Positions 16,426-27,117 are shown, counted from the first letter of the stretch. The stretch: 64,000 nucleotides of DNA from an uncultured virus (IMG/VR IMGVR_UViG_3300044568_006268) (IMGVR_UViG_3300044568_006268:62001-126000); one strand, 5' to 3'. Notes: a model not told the origin generated them from the sequence alone. A program made the numbers and translations.

Positions 16426-16848
16426 TTATTTAATTGTTAAAGTTTTCGGTTTAGCTTCTTCAGCAATTGGAATATCGATGGTCAGTAAACCATGTTCCAT
16501 TTCTGCTTCTGCGAGGCTCAAGTTAAATTTAGACAAAGGTATTCGATAACCTAAGTCAAACGATTTACGGGAAATACCTTTATGGTAGTAGTTTCTCTTT
16601 GTACTCTCTTCAACGTCTTTGTTGTGAGAGATTTTAAGGACATCGCCTTCAATTGAGATGTTGATGTCTTCTTTAGTTAGACCTGTTCCGGCAACTGCAA
16701 AATGTAGGCCGGCTTCATCTTCGTATATGTCTACAGGATGACCAATTCGAGTATCAATCACTGGAGCGAAGAATGAATCGTTGTTAAAGAAGTTTTTAAA
16801 TAAGACGTCAAATGCGTCCATGTCTCTAGTTATTCTAGTGTGTGTCAT
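16426..16848 (-). CDS. small heat-shock protein (Hsp20)
   Basis: PVDIYE...KEDINI...GISRKSF...A.MEHGLLTI alpha-crystallin pattern. Confidence 0.9.
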   Translation of the reverse strand: MTHTRITRDMDAFDVLFKNFFNNDSFFAPVIDTRIGHPVDIYEDEAGLHFAVAGTGLTKEDINISIEGDVLKISHNKDVEESTKRNYYHKGISRKSFDLGYRIPLSKFNLSLAEAEMEHGLLTIDIPIAEEAKPKTLTIK

Positions 16849-16939
16849 AGTTCTTAAATCTATTTTTTTTATTTTTGACTCTCGTTCGATGAGTCTTTGA
16901 ATGCGCCTGAGATACATTCATTTTATTTATCTTTGTTGA

Positions 16940-17410
16940 TTAGGCAAGCATATGAAGATTAGTTCTCAAAGCTCCAATAGCAGCATCAAAGGTTTCAAAT
17001 ACCGGTATTCCTGCTCGTGAGCAAATAATATCTACATTACCTTTTCGCCAAAATCCGGTAGGACAACAGACAATTACACGTTGATGAATTGCAGCACATA
17101 CACCTAATTCCATTAATGTGATAGGACTTTTTGTGTCTGGTAAGATATTAAAGAATGCAATATCCGATTCAGTTAATTGAGTCAATTCCCAATTTACTTG
17201 ATGATTGAATTCTGGATTACTTTCCTTTTGTTCCCATGAAGAATCCCAATCATCTCTTCGAGGATTTAAGAAAGTAACATCTTCGTCTTTAAAGATTTCA
17301 GTGATTGCAGTTTGCCAATCTTCGGCAACTCCCATTTCAATGGAACCAGCTAAAAATACGCTGGTTCCATCTATGATTTGGTCTGATGAATTTGGTTTAA
17401 TTACTTGCAT
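16940..17410 (-). CDS. nucleoside 2-deoxyribosyltransferase-like protein
   Basis: VFLAGSI, NPRR, QVNWEL, SPITLMELG. Confidence 0.85.
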   Translation of the reverse strand: MQVIKPNSSDQIIDGTSVFLAGSIEMGVAEDWQTAITEIFKDEDVTFLNPRRDDWDSSWEQKESNPEFNHQVNWELTQLTESDIAFFNILPDTKSPITLMELGVCAAIHQRVIVCCPTGFWRKGNVDIICSRAGIPVFETFDAAIGALRTNLHMLA

Positions 17411-18932
17411 TAGACAATTCCATTACTTTAGCTCGGATAGCTGTTAATGTTGTTCGATTATAGAATTTTCCATTTTCATAAATCGTTTGTAAGATACCCA
17501 TATCTTCTTCAGTGTCGTTACATTGAGTTTGAACTACATAAGTTCCATCAACTTCAACAACTGCACATTTACCCTTTAATGACTTTTTAGTACCATCATC
17601 GGTAATTGGATCTTTAAAGATATCGTAACCTACTCCATTTGCCTCAAACCAAGCACCTTTTGCAGCATAACCGAAAGTATCACGAGTTGTAAATTGATAT
17701 GTGAATGAACCTACACCTAATACAATATTCGTTGAAGCAAATCCTTTAGCTTCTAATCTTTCGTAGATTTGGATTTGTCTTTCTAGATTAATTGAGTCTC
17801 CGTAGATAGCACCAATATGTGGATCTAGAACTTTATAACCTTGTTCGTTGATTGTACCACCAAAGATATCCCAAAGTAATTCAATAACACCTTTAAATTC
17901 TGGCACATAAACATCTTCATCAATTTCTTCGGCAGTTAAAAGTTTATCACCTGATTGGTACATTCCTCTTCCGCAAATAATATCTACCGGATCACCTGAA
18001 TCAGGACGAATAACCAATTTACCGTCACGTGACATGATTTGCTCTTTGTTTGCAGGCAAATACTCAGTAATCAATTTCCATAAGTCGAATGTGTCAGCCA
18101 CAATAGAAAGTATTCCTTTATCAAATTCAGTTAACCAATCAGAAATCATTTGTTGTTCACCTACCGTAAAGATTTTAGTAGTTGATACTGAGTGCTCAGA
18201 AGCATTTACTGAATTGATACAAACTTCGTTTTCTGGTTCGTCATAAAAATAACGAGCACCTGGAATAACTATGATTGAGTCAGATCCTCGGAATGAGAAT
18301 GCATGACCTAATCCAGAAGATAAACTATCCCATGGAGAAAGTCCTCTGGCAGAAAAATCATGACATAAGAAGTCGATTAACCAAGCATTTGCAGGATCAG
18401 TTTTCATTACCCATTTAACAAGGTTTCTACGGTATTGTAATGCATAAGTTGCAGATGTAGCTGGTTTCCAAGCTAAAGAAGAGATAATAGTTTCTAAGTA
18501 CAATGTCAACCAAGCAAAACCTTTAACAGTATTGATGAATGTCATATGAGGTACATTAGGATCAGTTTCAATTCCTTCTGGAAGAGCTTTGATACGAATA
18601 GGTAAGTAACCTAAATCATGGAGTGATTCAAAGTGCGAAGCATCGTAAGGCATACCTAAATATTGAGACATATCCACTCCAAATTGAGTAGCTGTTTCTT
18701 TTGGCATGTCGAAGAAATTTTCTTGCCATTCTGCATGCAACCAACTTACCGTTAATTGATGTCCAACCGAAAGAATTTTATTAACACCTTTTGGTGCATG
18801 TTTTAAACTTCTAGGAATCCAAGTTCCATATAAGAAATCTGTACCAGGAGCAAGCATCCTTTTATGGCCGACTTTGTAACCATCAGAATAAAAAGGAGCA
18901 GGTGCTCGAAATGTTTTTTGTAGTTTTAACAT
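17397..18932 (-). CDS. nicotinamide phosphoribosyltransferase-like (NAMPT/Namat)
   Basis: DGYKVGH, HDFSARG, ASEHSV, IRPDSGDP, IYGDSI, KDP.TD.GTKKS.KG. Confidence 0.92.
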   Translation of the reverse strand: MLKLQKTFRAPAPFYSDGYKVGHKRMLAPGTDFLYGTWIPRSLKHAPKGVNKILSVGHQLTVSWLHAEWQENFFDMPKETATQFGVDMSQYLGMPYDASHFESLHDLGYLPIRIKALPEGIETDPNVPHMTFINTVKGFAWLTLYLETIISSLAWKPATSATYALQYRRNLVKWVMKTDPANAWLIDFLCHDFSARGLSPWDSLSSGLGHAFSFRGSDSIIVIPGARYFYDEPENEVCINSVNASEHSVSTTKIFTVGEQQMISDWLTEFDKGILSIVADTFDLWKLITEYLPANKEQIMSRDGKLVIRPDSGDPVDIICGRGMYQSGDKLLTAEEIDEDVYVPEFKGVIELLWDIFGGTINEQGYKVLDPHIGAIYGDSINLERQIQIYERLEAKGFASTNIVLGVGSFTYQFTTRDTFGYAAKGAWFEANGVGYDIFKDPITDDGTKKSLKGKCAVVEVDGTYVVQTQCNDTEEDMGILQTIYENGKFYNRTTLTAIRAKVMELSNASN

Positions 18933-19003
18933 AATATTGATTTTAATTATAAGACAAATATAAACAATTGCCTCGACATACTAAAATATCGAGGCTTAAG
19001 TTA

Positions 19004-19357
19004 TTAACAATTAATTCCCTTTTCTTTTAGGAATTGTCGAATCTGATATTCAACCGTAGGGATTATCATACCAGCTTTAACCAAAGACTCTAAACTTTCT
19101 AAATCAGCATTGATGTTAAATCGTTTTAGGATTTCAGCTTTGTGTGCTTCTGGATTTTGATGCTTTGCAACAAAGGCGGGCAAAGCCATTTTAGTAATCG
19201 TATTTGTTTCTAAATCGATAGTGTGAACGTCGTTAGCCGTTGACATATATTTAGCATGATACAATACCCAACGTGGACTTCTCCAAGCTATTTTATTAGA
19301 AGCTCCTTTTCTAATTACTTGACCTCTCGAATTTGTGACTGTGTAAATTTTACTCAT
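19004..19357 (-). CDS. hypothetical protein
   Basis: 117 aa ORF. Confidence 0.6.
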   Translation of the reverse strand: MSKIYTVTNSRGQVIRKGASNKIAWRSPRWVLYHAKYMSTANDVHTIDLETNTITKMALPAFVAKHQNPEAHKAEILKRFNINADLESLESLVKAGMIIPTVEYQIRQFLKEKGINC

Positions 19358-19658
19358 TTGGTTTTGTTAATTTAAGTTCTTGACTATCTGTTTCAATTTT
19401 CACTTCGGTTGCATCTGAATTTTTTGAATATTCTTTAAGAAGTTCAATAGTTCCATCAACTCCTTTTTTAATACCTTCATTGTATTTTTGGTCAGAAATT
19501 AACCCAACTCCAATTGCGATTATTAGCCAACCTATCGCAGATTTCCAAGCTGCCAAATGAATAGAAAATGGATTGAATGTTATTGTTGTTTCTGCAATAA
19601 AAAGGAAAGCTGCTATACAGATGATAGAGCTGATAATTAATGATGTGTACATTTTCAT
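19350..19658 (-). CDS. membrane protein
   Basis: Two TM segments. Confidence 0.65.
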   Translation of the reverse strand: MKMYTSLIISSIICIAAFLFIAETTITFNPFSIHLAAWKSAIGWLIIAIGVGLISDQKYNEGIKKGVDGTIELLKEYSKNSDATEVKIETDSQELKLTKPNE

Positions 19659-20218
19659 TATGGTTTATAGTTTACAATTGTTATTTTACAATCTTTTAAT
19701 TCAGTTTGAATGATTTTCTTAACGATTTCCCAATCACCACCAGCAAGTCCACAACCAATTCTAGGGAGACCGATGTGTTTGCCTTTAAATCGATAATTGA
19801 TTTTTTTCATACACATCTCGATAGCAGCATAATCAACTGGATTTTCATCTCCATCTTTATGATTTCTACCGTATTTGTATTGTGTATATGCATTGACTAC
19901 TTCTAATCTTCTGCGTTGGCCATCTTCATCAAAGACATACCAAGCATAATGTTCGATATTTCCTAATTTGGTCATATCACCTTTACGGTCTGGAAAATCC
20001 GTAGATTCTCCATGATATTTTTCAGGGTCATTACAGGAAAATGCCTTTGCCATTTGTGGTGCAATTCCAGCACCCATTTGACAGAAGCAATTGCAGCCAT
20101 GAGCAATCACATCGAAATTAGCTCGTTGAGCCAACTTTATTAAATCACCATCGATTTCTCGGTAATTTGTACCATTCCATTCATGTGGAAATTCTCGCAT
20201 AATTTGATCTGGTGACAT
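19658..20218 (-). CDS. macrodomain (ADP-ribose processing) protein
   Basis: GDL, HGCNC..MGAGIA, PRIGCGLAGGDW; start placed just after the prs-like stop. Confidence 0.88.
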   Translation of the reverse strand: MSPDQIMREFPHEWNGTNYREIDGDLIKLAQRANFDVIAHGCNCFCQMGAGIAPQMAKAFSCNDPEKYHGESTDFPDRKGDMTKLGNIEHYAWYVFDEDGQRRRLEVVNAYTQYKYGRNHKDGDENPVDYAAIEMCMKKINYRFKGKHIGLPRIGCGLAGGDWEIVKKIIQTELKDCKITIVNYKP

Positions 20219-20219
20219 A

Positions 20220-21140
20220 TTAAAAAATTGATTGAACTTTAAGTTTGTGCATTTCGTTGTCGTTTGCAAGTGAGAATCCTGCATTGTCTGTTGCATGAAT
20301 AGAATCGGTAGTATAGATTCCATCAAATGTTTCGTTTAAAGGTTTAAGTCCAGCAGAAAATAATCCATGAGTTACTACTAAGAAAATTTTATCATTGAAT
20401 TTATCTTTTGGTCTTTGTAAGCGAATAGCTTTTGCAAGTTCAGTAAAAGTTCTACCACCATCGCAAATATCATCAAGAATAAAGTAAGCTTTGCTATCAG
20501 CATCTTCACCTAGATTAGGCACTTCCGTATGAGTGATTTTACCTGTGGTTATATCTCTATGTTTAGATGCAATTAAGATGTCTTTATTAAAACCTAAAGC
20601 TTCGGCAGCATGATAAACTTTCTTTAGAGCACCTGCATCCGGAGAAACTAACTCAACGTTAGTATAATCACTTTTAGGTAATTTGATTACATTAGCAAAA
20701 TAATCTACTATTGCAAATTGAACAACACCTACATTTGTGAACTTTTCAAAGTTATCTAAACAAGCTTCTAACACATCTGAATGTGGATCTACTACGGTAA
20801 CTTTGTTAAATTTTTGTAGATTGATTATCGGACATACTACATTTTTAAGGTAGTTTACGCTATTTTCTTCGAATCGTCTATCTGACCTAGCTCCTAAAAA
20901 GTAAGGAACGTAAAGTTCAACATGTTCTGAACCTAATTGTCTTAATGTTTGATTAGCCGCAATAATAAGTTCTAAGTCTCTAAATGAATTGAATCGAGAC
21001 TTGATTACTACTCGTTGTAAGGTTTTTTTGAATGCATATCCTTTATTTTCTAAAGTAATCGATTGTTGTCCATCAGGGAATCGAGAGATTTTGAATTGGA
21101 TTTCTGATTTATCAGGGTGTGCTAAATTAAGTACTTTCAT
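20220..21140 (-). CDS. ribose-phosphate pyrophosphokinase-like (Prs/Adps)
   Basis: FPDGQ, PYF.GARSDR, DPHS, SPDAGA, DDICDGGRTF, VTHG. Confidence 0.92.
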   Translation of the reverse strand: MKVLNLAHPDKSEIQFKISRFPDGQQSITLENKGYAFKKTLQRVVIKSRFNSFRDLELIIAANQTLRQLGSEHVELYVPYFLGARSDRRFEENSVNYLKNVVCPIINLQKFNKVTVVDPHSDVLEACLDNFEKFTNVGVVQFAIVDYFANVIKLPKSDYTNVELVSPDAGALKKVYHAAEALGFNKDILIASKHRDITTGKITHTEVPNLGEDADSKAYFILDDICDGGRTFTELAKAIRLQRPKDKFNDKIFLVVTHGLFSAGLKPLNETFDGIYTTDSIHATDNAGFSLANDNEMHKLKVQSIF

Positions 21141-21186
21141 CTGTATAGATTTTATGTAAGTTATATGAACAATTGATTATTAAGTT

Positions 21187-21465
21187 TTAGAATTTGTTGA
21201 ATGCAAATGCACAATAAAAAGTTTCATCATCTAATGTAGAAGTTGAATAGTCATCAATATTATCAGAAAGTTCTTCGATTAACTCATCACTAACTGGAGG
21301 ACTTACATAGAAATTAAAAATCTGCCCATCAATAGATTGAAACATTTCAATGGTATCTATTTGATTGGTATTTTTAAATTCCATTAGCATATCAAATACT
21401 TTAGGATTTAAGTAAGTTTGTTCGTGTTTAGTATGAGCAGTAACCAACGTAATAAATGTTTCCAT
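21187..21465 (-). CDS. hypothetical protein
   Basis: 92 aa ORF. Confidence 0.6.
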   Translation of the reverse strand: METFITLVTAHTKHEQTYLNPKVFDMLMEFKNTNQIDTIEMFQSIDGQIFNFYVSPPVSDELIEELSDNIDDYSTSTLDDETFYCAFAFNKF

Positions 21466-22079
21466 TATGCAATGTATAAAATAGTTGGGTTATCTTTATG
21501 TGAGTCCATTTGAGGTAGTTTTCCCATTATCAATAGTTGATTAAGCTTACTGATATTGAATGGACGAGTAATGATATGGAATCCATTTTTAGTAGGTATT
21601 TCAATCATTAGAGGTTCTCTATTTGCTTCTGTTTGCAAATTAGAAATGATTTCCTTTATTTTTTCGATTGCACCAGGAAAGTTCTCATAATCAATCCAAT
21701 CGATATCGATTAACCAAGTTTTATCTGGATCCGAGTGGAATTCACCTGCAATAGATGCATATGAATTTTTGATTGGTCGATAGTTTTCGCTAATGATTAA
21801 ATCAGTAATTCGCTTAAGCATTTGTAAGCCAACTTTTTTAGCATCTCTACGATTTAATCGGAAATATGCTCTGGCGTTTTCATCATTACAAATCTTAATT
21901 ATCTTAGGCATTAGATTATCAAATTGCTCTAATGAATAGATGTAATAATCTCCTAAAACATTCATATCTCGTTCAAGGTCTGGATTGTCCTTTCTACGTT
22001 TAAGTATTTGAAGAAAATAGAAATCGTTAGGCGATTCAAATTTTAAAAGTGGTCTTATTAAGTGGGCATTGTTTATCAT
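21465..22079 (-). CDS. phage protein with AEP/primase-like motifs
   Basis: LIDID and TKNGFHII. Confidence 0.55.
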   Translation of the reverse strand: MINNAHLIRPLLKFESPNDFYFLQILKRRKDNPDLERDMNVLGDYYIYSLEQFDNLMPKIIKICNDENARAYFRLNRRDAKKVGLQMLKRITDLIISENYRPIKNSYASIAGEFHSDPDKTWLIDIDWIDYENFPGAIEKIKEIISNLQTEANREPLMIEIPTKNGFHIITRPFNISKLNQLLIMGKLPQMDSHKDNPTILYIA

Positions 22080-22088
22080 ATCGTGGGT

Positions 22089-22319
22089 TTAATTAACTTT
22101 AATTTCTAATTCAAATTCGCTGATTTCAATAGCAAATTCTCGTGATATATTTTCGATGTCCTCTATCGAAAGCTCAATCCATTTTTCATCAAAGTAATAT
22201 TCGAAAAATTCTTTACGTTGTCTAAATGAACCAATCAATTGAGGTAGTAATTTTTCGATGAGTTCCTTTTCGAATCCACCAATAACTCCTTCTTTTATTT
22301 GTATTAATCTCTTTATCAT
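22089..22319 (-). CDS. hypothetical protein
   Basis: 76 aa ORF. Confidence 0.55.
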   Translation of the reverse strand: MIKRLIQIKEGVIGGFEKELIEKLLPQLIGSFRQRKEFFEYYFDEKWIELSIEDIENISREFAIEISEFELEIKVN

Positions 22320-22570
22320 ATCGTTTGTTTTTATCTGTCAGCTAATCTTTTGAATACGTCAATGTTTTGCATTATTTTCTCGTTTAAGATTTTCATCTTG
22401 TCATCTAAGAATTTTTTGTACTCAGCGTCGTTCTTGAATTGTTTTTTGTCGTAGTTCAATTTCGCAGTCTGTGTCATAATTTTGAAGTATTAATTTATAA
22501 GACAAATATAATCAAAAAGCTCGATACGTGGAAATATCGAGCTTATTATTTTCAAAAAGTTATTAACAAT

Positions 22571-23005
22571 CTAGCGAAGTTCAAATGCAGTTTTTGTGAA
22601 CCTTACGGTTGCAGTTGCATCACAAGCTTCTTTGAACATCTTAAATGGTCGTCCACCTCTAACTGGCCTTCCAGTAGGAGTAGTAAGTTCGGTCCAACCT
22701 GATCTTTCATGATTGTTCGATGTACCCCATAAAATATAATATCGATAACCTTTAGTGTGAGCATTCCAACTAATATTACTACCGAAACGATAAGTGAATT
22801 CCTGAAAATGTCCTAGTTTATCAAACTTAGGTTTAACTTTCGTTTTGATTAAAGCTATATGTCGAGGATGGAATTCACCATCATCAGTTTTTTGCCAAGC
22901 AGAAAAGGTCATCAAAGCTTCTACTGGACCCATTAGCTCATGTCGTATAATTATTTTAGGTTGTTTGAACATTGTATTATTTTTTAAATTGATATAAGAT
23001 TGCAA
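22571..23005 (-). CDS. hypothetical protein (likely start about 22972)
   Basis: ORF between coupled genes. Confidence 0.6.
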   Translation of the reverse strand: MQSYINLKNNTMFKQPKIIIRHELMGPVEALMTFSAWQKTDDGEFHPRHIALIKTKVKPKFDKLGHFQEFTYRFGSNISWNAHTKGYRYYILWGTSNNHERSGWTELTTPTGRPVRGGRPFKMFKEACDATATVRFTKTAFELR

Positions 23006-23456
23006 TGAACTCGGTGAACGTTACTTGTTTGTCTATCCGTAAAAGGATATTTGCTGCATAAGTAGAATTACCGACATAAACAAAAGGAGCTTTCAGAGTG
23101 CAAATTATGTTTGATGCATATTGTGAATTACCGGAATATAAGTAAGGACCTTTCATATTTGAAATAATGCTCGACTCATAATATGAGTTTTGCTTATATA
23201 CGAATAAATCCTTAGTGGTATAAATTATTTGACCGGTGTAATCGCAATCACATAGATAGATTTTATCACCTTTAATAGTGCATAAAATATCTGAACGATA
23301 TGTAGATTTACCTTTGTACAATTTGCCATCATTTAAAGTAAATAAAATATCCGAATCATAAGTAGAATTTCCTTTGTAGACATAAGTCTGAGCGGCTGCA
23401 ATACAACTTACGAAAAGTAATAAAGCAATGAGTAATTTTTTAATTTGCATTTTCAT
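22977..23456 (-). CDS. secreted beta-repeat protein
   Basis: Signal peptide; repeats of Y.G.S.Y.S.I..T. Confidence 0.7.
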   Translation of the reverse strand: MKMQIKKLLIALLLFVSCIAAAQTYVYKGNSTYDSDILFTLNDGKLYKGKSTYRSDILCTIKGDKIYLCDCDYTGQIIYTTKDLFVYKQNSYYESSIISNMKGPYLYSGNSQYASNIICTLKAPFVYVGNSTYAANILLRIDKQVTFTEFIAILYQFKK

Positions 23457-24651
23457 AATTTAAAAGTTCGAATGTACGAGTTGAATTCATTAACATTACT
23501 TTACCGTAAGATAATCCAAGAGCAGAGCAACATTGAATATAGTTATTTGGTGATTGACCATCTAAACCAATAAGGTCGAATGTATCAATTAGAGTGTTTA
23601 GTGCATGTAAACCAGTTTTTGATTCGTAAAATACTTTACCTGCAAAATACATCCTAGCTCGATTTGGCATAATACCAGTTTTTACGAAAGGACGTAGAAT
23701 TTTATCTAATTCCTTAATACCAGTATTTGCATTTTTTATACCAGAGAAATCCAATTCGCTTTTAGGATTTGGAGTAGCAGAAATCATATTTTCATAAGCT
23801 TTAATATGCATTAGAGCTTGAGCCCATTCGATTGGTGTATTTTCTAAAGTTAAATTATGTTTACGAGCTTGCATAATAGACATTTCGCGAAAAGCAAATT
23901 GACGTAACATTGATGCATGAACACCTTCGTTTATCGATAAATCCGAACCTGCATTTTTGAAGTTGTTAGCGATTTGATAAAATACATTATGTGGATCAGC
24001 AATACCATTATGTAGCATTGTAGATAATTGGGTTTGACCATCATGTTTATCGCGAGTTTGTGCATATGTTTGTGCAATTTTATAAGCACGGGTAATAACA
24101 TCAGATTGAACGAATTTAGTTACATTTGCCGGAATTGGATATGTTTGTGAAGTTTCTGGAATGTTAACTAAAACGATATTTGAATTCCATGTTAAAGGAA
24201 CGAGAGTTTCGATTGATTTAACATGAGACATCCAACGAGATTTTGCAGTCATTTTGTGACATGTATCATCGACCAAAGCTGAATCGATTATTTCGTAAGG
24301 AATATCTAAATTAAGCAAATCGATAGAATGCCACATTGCAAAAAGAGGTTGGTCAATAACTAATTTAGTAAAACCATAGTTTTTTGCTAAATGATTAATG
24401 TGTGCAATTGGATTAGATTCCTTAAATACAAAGAGTTTACCGCTTTTAGATTGCAAAGAATTATCGAATTGATGCAATGAATGATAGAATGCATCTAAAT
24501 TAGCTTGTGAACATTTTTTGTATATTTGTTGCTCACGTTTACCTGCAAAATAGTAAGGAGAGTAATAAATAAATGTACACTCGCCGGATAATTTAGAAGT
24601 TAATCGAGAATCTTGACGAAATGAATTTGTAATCCAAACTAATGTTTTCAT
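23440..24651 (-). CDS. divergent photolyase/cryptochrome-like protein
   Basis: LVW....RQD N-terminus; TQLS..LH.G, RQFAFRE, TG.MPNRARMY FAD-domain motifs. Confidence 0.7.
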   Translation of the reverse strand: MKTLVWITNSFRQDSRLTSKLSGECTFIYYSPYYFAGKREQQIYKKCSQANLDAFYHSLHQFDNSLQSKSGKLFVFKESNPIAHINHLAKNYGFTKLVIDQPLFAMWHSIDLLNLDIPYEIIDSALVDDTCHKMTAKSRWMSHVKSIETLVPLTWNSNIVLVNIPETSQTYPIPANVTKFVQSDVITRAYKIAQTYAQTRDKHDGQTQLSTMLHNGIADPHNVFYQIANNFKNAGSDLSINEGVHASMLRQFAFREMSIMQARKHNLTLENTPIEWAQALMHIKAYENMISATPNPKSELDFSGIKNANTGIKELDKILRPFVKTGIMPNRARMYFAGKVFYESKTGLHALNTLIDTFDLIGLDGQSPNNYIQCCSALGLSYGKVMLMNSTRTFELLNYENAN

Positions 24652-24710
24652 ATATTTTGTTTAATTTTATAAGACAAATATAAAACAAATTCCCGATACT
24701 TGAAAATTTA

Positions 24711-25127
24711 TTATGTTAAATTTTCAATTTGTTTTACCTTTTCTTGATATTCTTTATATGCAATACTTTTCAAATGGTCTTTATTTTCTTTGAGTAGCTT
24801 TTTAGCTAACAAATCGGCTGCTATATTTACAGGAGCCTTAGTGATTTTATATCCTTCAACCTCGTATGTTGAATGGTCGCAATGCCAATCAATAGAAACA
24901 TGAGTACATCCGATACTCTTCATATTATTTACTAGATTAAGGATATGGTCAATGTGAATCGGTTCGCCGTCGTTATTACCATATCCATTAGTATGATTGA
25001 TTTGATAATCTTCATAGACATCCTCGTCGAAGCCGAATTCATCTCGTAATAAAGAATTAGTATCTTCAGTTTCGTCTACGGTTATTAATTCTTGATTGAT
25101 GTAAAGCAATGGTAATTTGTTATTCAT
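24711..25127 (-). CDS. hypothetical protein
   Basis: 138 aa ORF. Confidence 0.65.
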   Translation of the reverse strand: MNNKLPLLYINQELITVDETEDTNSLLRDEFGFDEDVYEDYQINHTNGYGNNDGEPIHIDHILNLVNNMKSIGCTHVSIDWHCDHSTYEVEGYKITKAPVNIAADLLAKKLLKENKDHLKSIAYKEYQEKVKQIENLT

Positions 25128-25857
25128 GTGATGGCATTATTAAGGTTCTTACTTTGTGTACTTTATATGGGTAAATAATTTTGATTAAGAAAGCTGAGAT
25201 TTTAGCAAAAGACCTATCGTCTTTATAATTGTAATGGATGCAATCAATATAACCTAAGCATTTTTTTAAATCCTCAACTTTGGGTTTGTCAGTGTTCATT
25301 AAGTTTTTATAGGCCACATTAAATTCTCGCAAATAATAACTTACCATTCGATGAGTAGGCATAATGTTAACATAACCATCACCATCCTTTTTCCACCATT
25401 CAAATCGATAAGAAAATTTCTTTGGTAGGTATTGCAATTCTAAAGGATAGTTATAACCTTTCTCTCTAGGTTCAACCTTCAATTTATATTTTCCTAGTTT
25501 GAAGGTTTTTTTTCTAGCGGCAATTGCAGATTTGCCTATATTGTAATGATGTTCCCACGAATTCAATGCATAATACATTCCAGATTGGCTTAATTGCTCT
25601 ATTGCTCTATGAGCCTCAGTCCAAGTAACGTTCATCGGTAATTTAGAAGAGTCAATATACATTCCACCATCTTCAATCCAAGAAGCATGCAATTGATGAG
25701 CCAAACACGTTGCGTCAGGACATTGATAGCCATCCTTTAACGAAGGTGTGCCATTAGGATTACATACGTGGTCAGATAAGTCTTCATATCTTTCTTGATG
25801 AGTTATCTCTAATGTTGACGAACATATTGGACACTGCAATTCTTTATTTGTTTCCAT
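25120..25857 (-). CDS. hypothetical protein with N-terminal Zn ribbon
   Basis: CPIC...CPDATC. Confidence 0.65.
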   Translation of the reverse strand: METNKELQCPICSSTLEITHQERYEDLSDHVCNPNGTPSLKDGYQCPDATCLAHQLHASWIEDGGMYIDSSKLPMNVTWTEAHRAIEQLSQSGMYYALNSWEHHYNIGKSAIAARKKTFKLGKYKLKVEPREKGYNYPLELQYLPKKFSYRFEWWKKDGDGYVNIMPTHRMVSYYLREFNVAYKNLMNTDKPKVEDLKKCLGYIDCIHYNYKDDRSFAKISAFLIKIIYPYKVHKVRTLIMPSHE

Positions 25858-26019
25858 GATTGTCTTTTTTGTTTTGTTCTCTTAATTTTTCTCCTATTGA
25901 TGTGTTGCCATAAAAGCCATCAAAAAACATTTCTCCACCTTCGTTTCCTATGCATTGAAGTGCACATACGATTAGAAAGGCTATTATAATACCAAATCCT
26001 ATGGTAAAGAAGGTTTCCA

Positions 26020-26568
26020 TTATTGAATTTCAAAAATTTCTTCTAAATAATCCCATAGTGGCTGAGTGTAATGCCCATCAGCATGTAACATTTTTTTGAA
26101 GTGTGCATGTTCTTTTTTGTATTTAGCAAACATAGAACTTCCAGTCATTTTAGAATATTGAGCATTCGCAATTCTATCACATAATTTAACATAAACCGCG
26201 TGTGGAGTTTCATAGATGTCTTTGTAAATAAAATCAGGCATTCTTTCTTCTCGGTCTCTGCCTCTGCCGTAGTTAGTACAAGCTCTTACGATTTCAGCAG
26301 TCATTTTGTTAGTTTGACGTAATACGCTGTTGTAGTTTTCTCTTGCATCTTCGATTAAGTCATGACAATAGCAGGCAGCAATAACCGAATCTACATCAGA
26401 ATCTGGCAAAACGTGCATAAATTTCATACCGTTATTAGCTACCATTCGCAAATGGAATTCATAAGGCAAATACTCGTCATACATATGGTTTGTACCGGCA
26501 TGAGTAGCAATTGCGTAGTTTTTTGCATTTGTAATAAAAATGCTCGGAAATATTCTTGAAGTTTTCAT
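26020..26568 (-). CDS. HD-domain (p)ppGpp hydrolase-like (SpoT/Mesh1 type)
   Basis: H...PY.FH, HDLIED, VKLCDRIAN. Confidence 0.85.
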   Translation of the reverse strand: MKTSRIFPSIFITNAKNYAIATHAGTNHMYDEYLPYEFHLRMVANNGMKFMHVLPDSDVDSVIAACYCHDLIEDARENYNSVLRQTNKMTAEIVRACTNYGRGRDREERMPDFIYKDIYETPHAVYVKLCDRIANAQYSKMTGSSMFAKYKKEHAHFKKMLHADGHYTQPLWDYLEEIFEIQ

Positions 26569-26572
26569 AGTC

Positions 26573-27040
26573 TTAAATTATAGTGTCAATATAAGGTTTC
26601 TTCCATTCCATCCATGGTAGGGTCTCCGAATCTAATTCTCTGAAAACTTTCCAATACTGGAAGAATTTTCTTTCGGAATTATCTTTATAGAATTTCTTTA
26701 ATCGATCATGTTCGTCCATGATTTCTTTTTGGTGCATGATTTTTGATCGTAATTCAGTAATCTTTTCAGGTAAAACTAATAGCGCTTCAACTGCTTCAGC
26801 TGTTGATAATTGTTTACATGCTAAATCAACGATAAGCTCTTTTAAACCTTCACCTCTTTGAATTAACTCATTGATTTTAGGAACCATTTCGTTATGACGT
26901 TCTTTAGCAGCTTCTCGAATTTTATCAAAGTTTTCGTATCTTTCTTGTAGTTCTTTGTCATTAAAATCTTCCATGAATAAATCATAGATTTTTTCAAATG
27001 CGGTTTTCTCTACCTTGGTTTTCTTATTCTTAGTTTCCAT
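26573..27040 (-). CDS. coiled-coil protein
   Basis: 155 aa ORF. Confidence 0.65.
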   Translation of the reverse strand: METKNKKTKVEKTAFEKIYDLFMEDFNDKELQERYENFDKIREAAKERHNEMVPKINELIQRGEGLKELIVDLACKQLSTAEAVEALLVLPEKITELRSKIMHQKEIMDEHDRLKKFYKDNSERKFFQYWKVFRELDSETLPWMEWKKPYIDTII

Positions 27041-27117
27041 ATTGATTTTATTTATAAGACAAATATAACAAAAAGCCTCGATACATGGAAATGTCGAGGC
27101 TTAAAGTTATTAACAAA

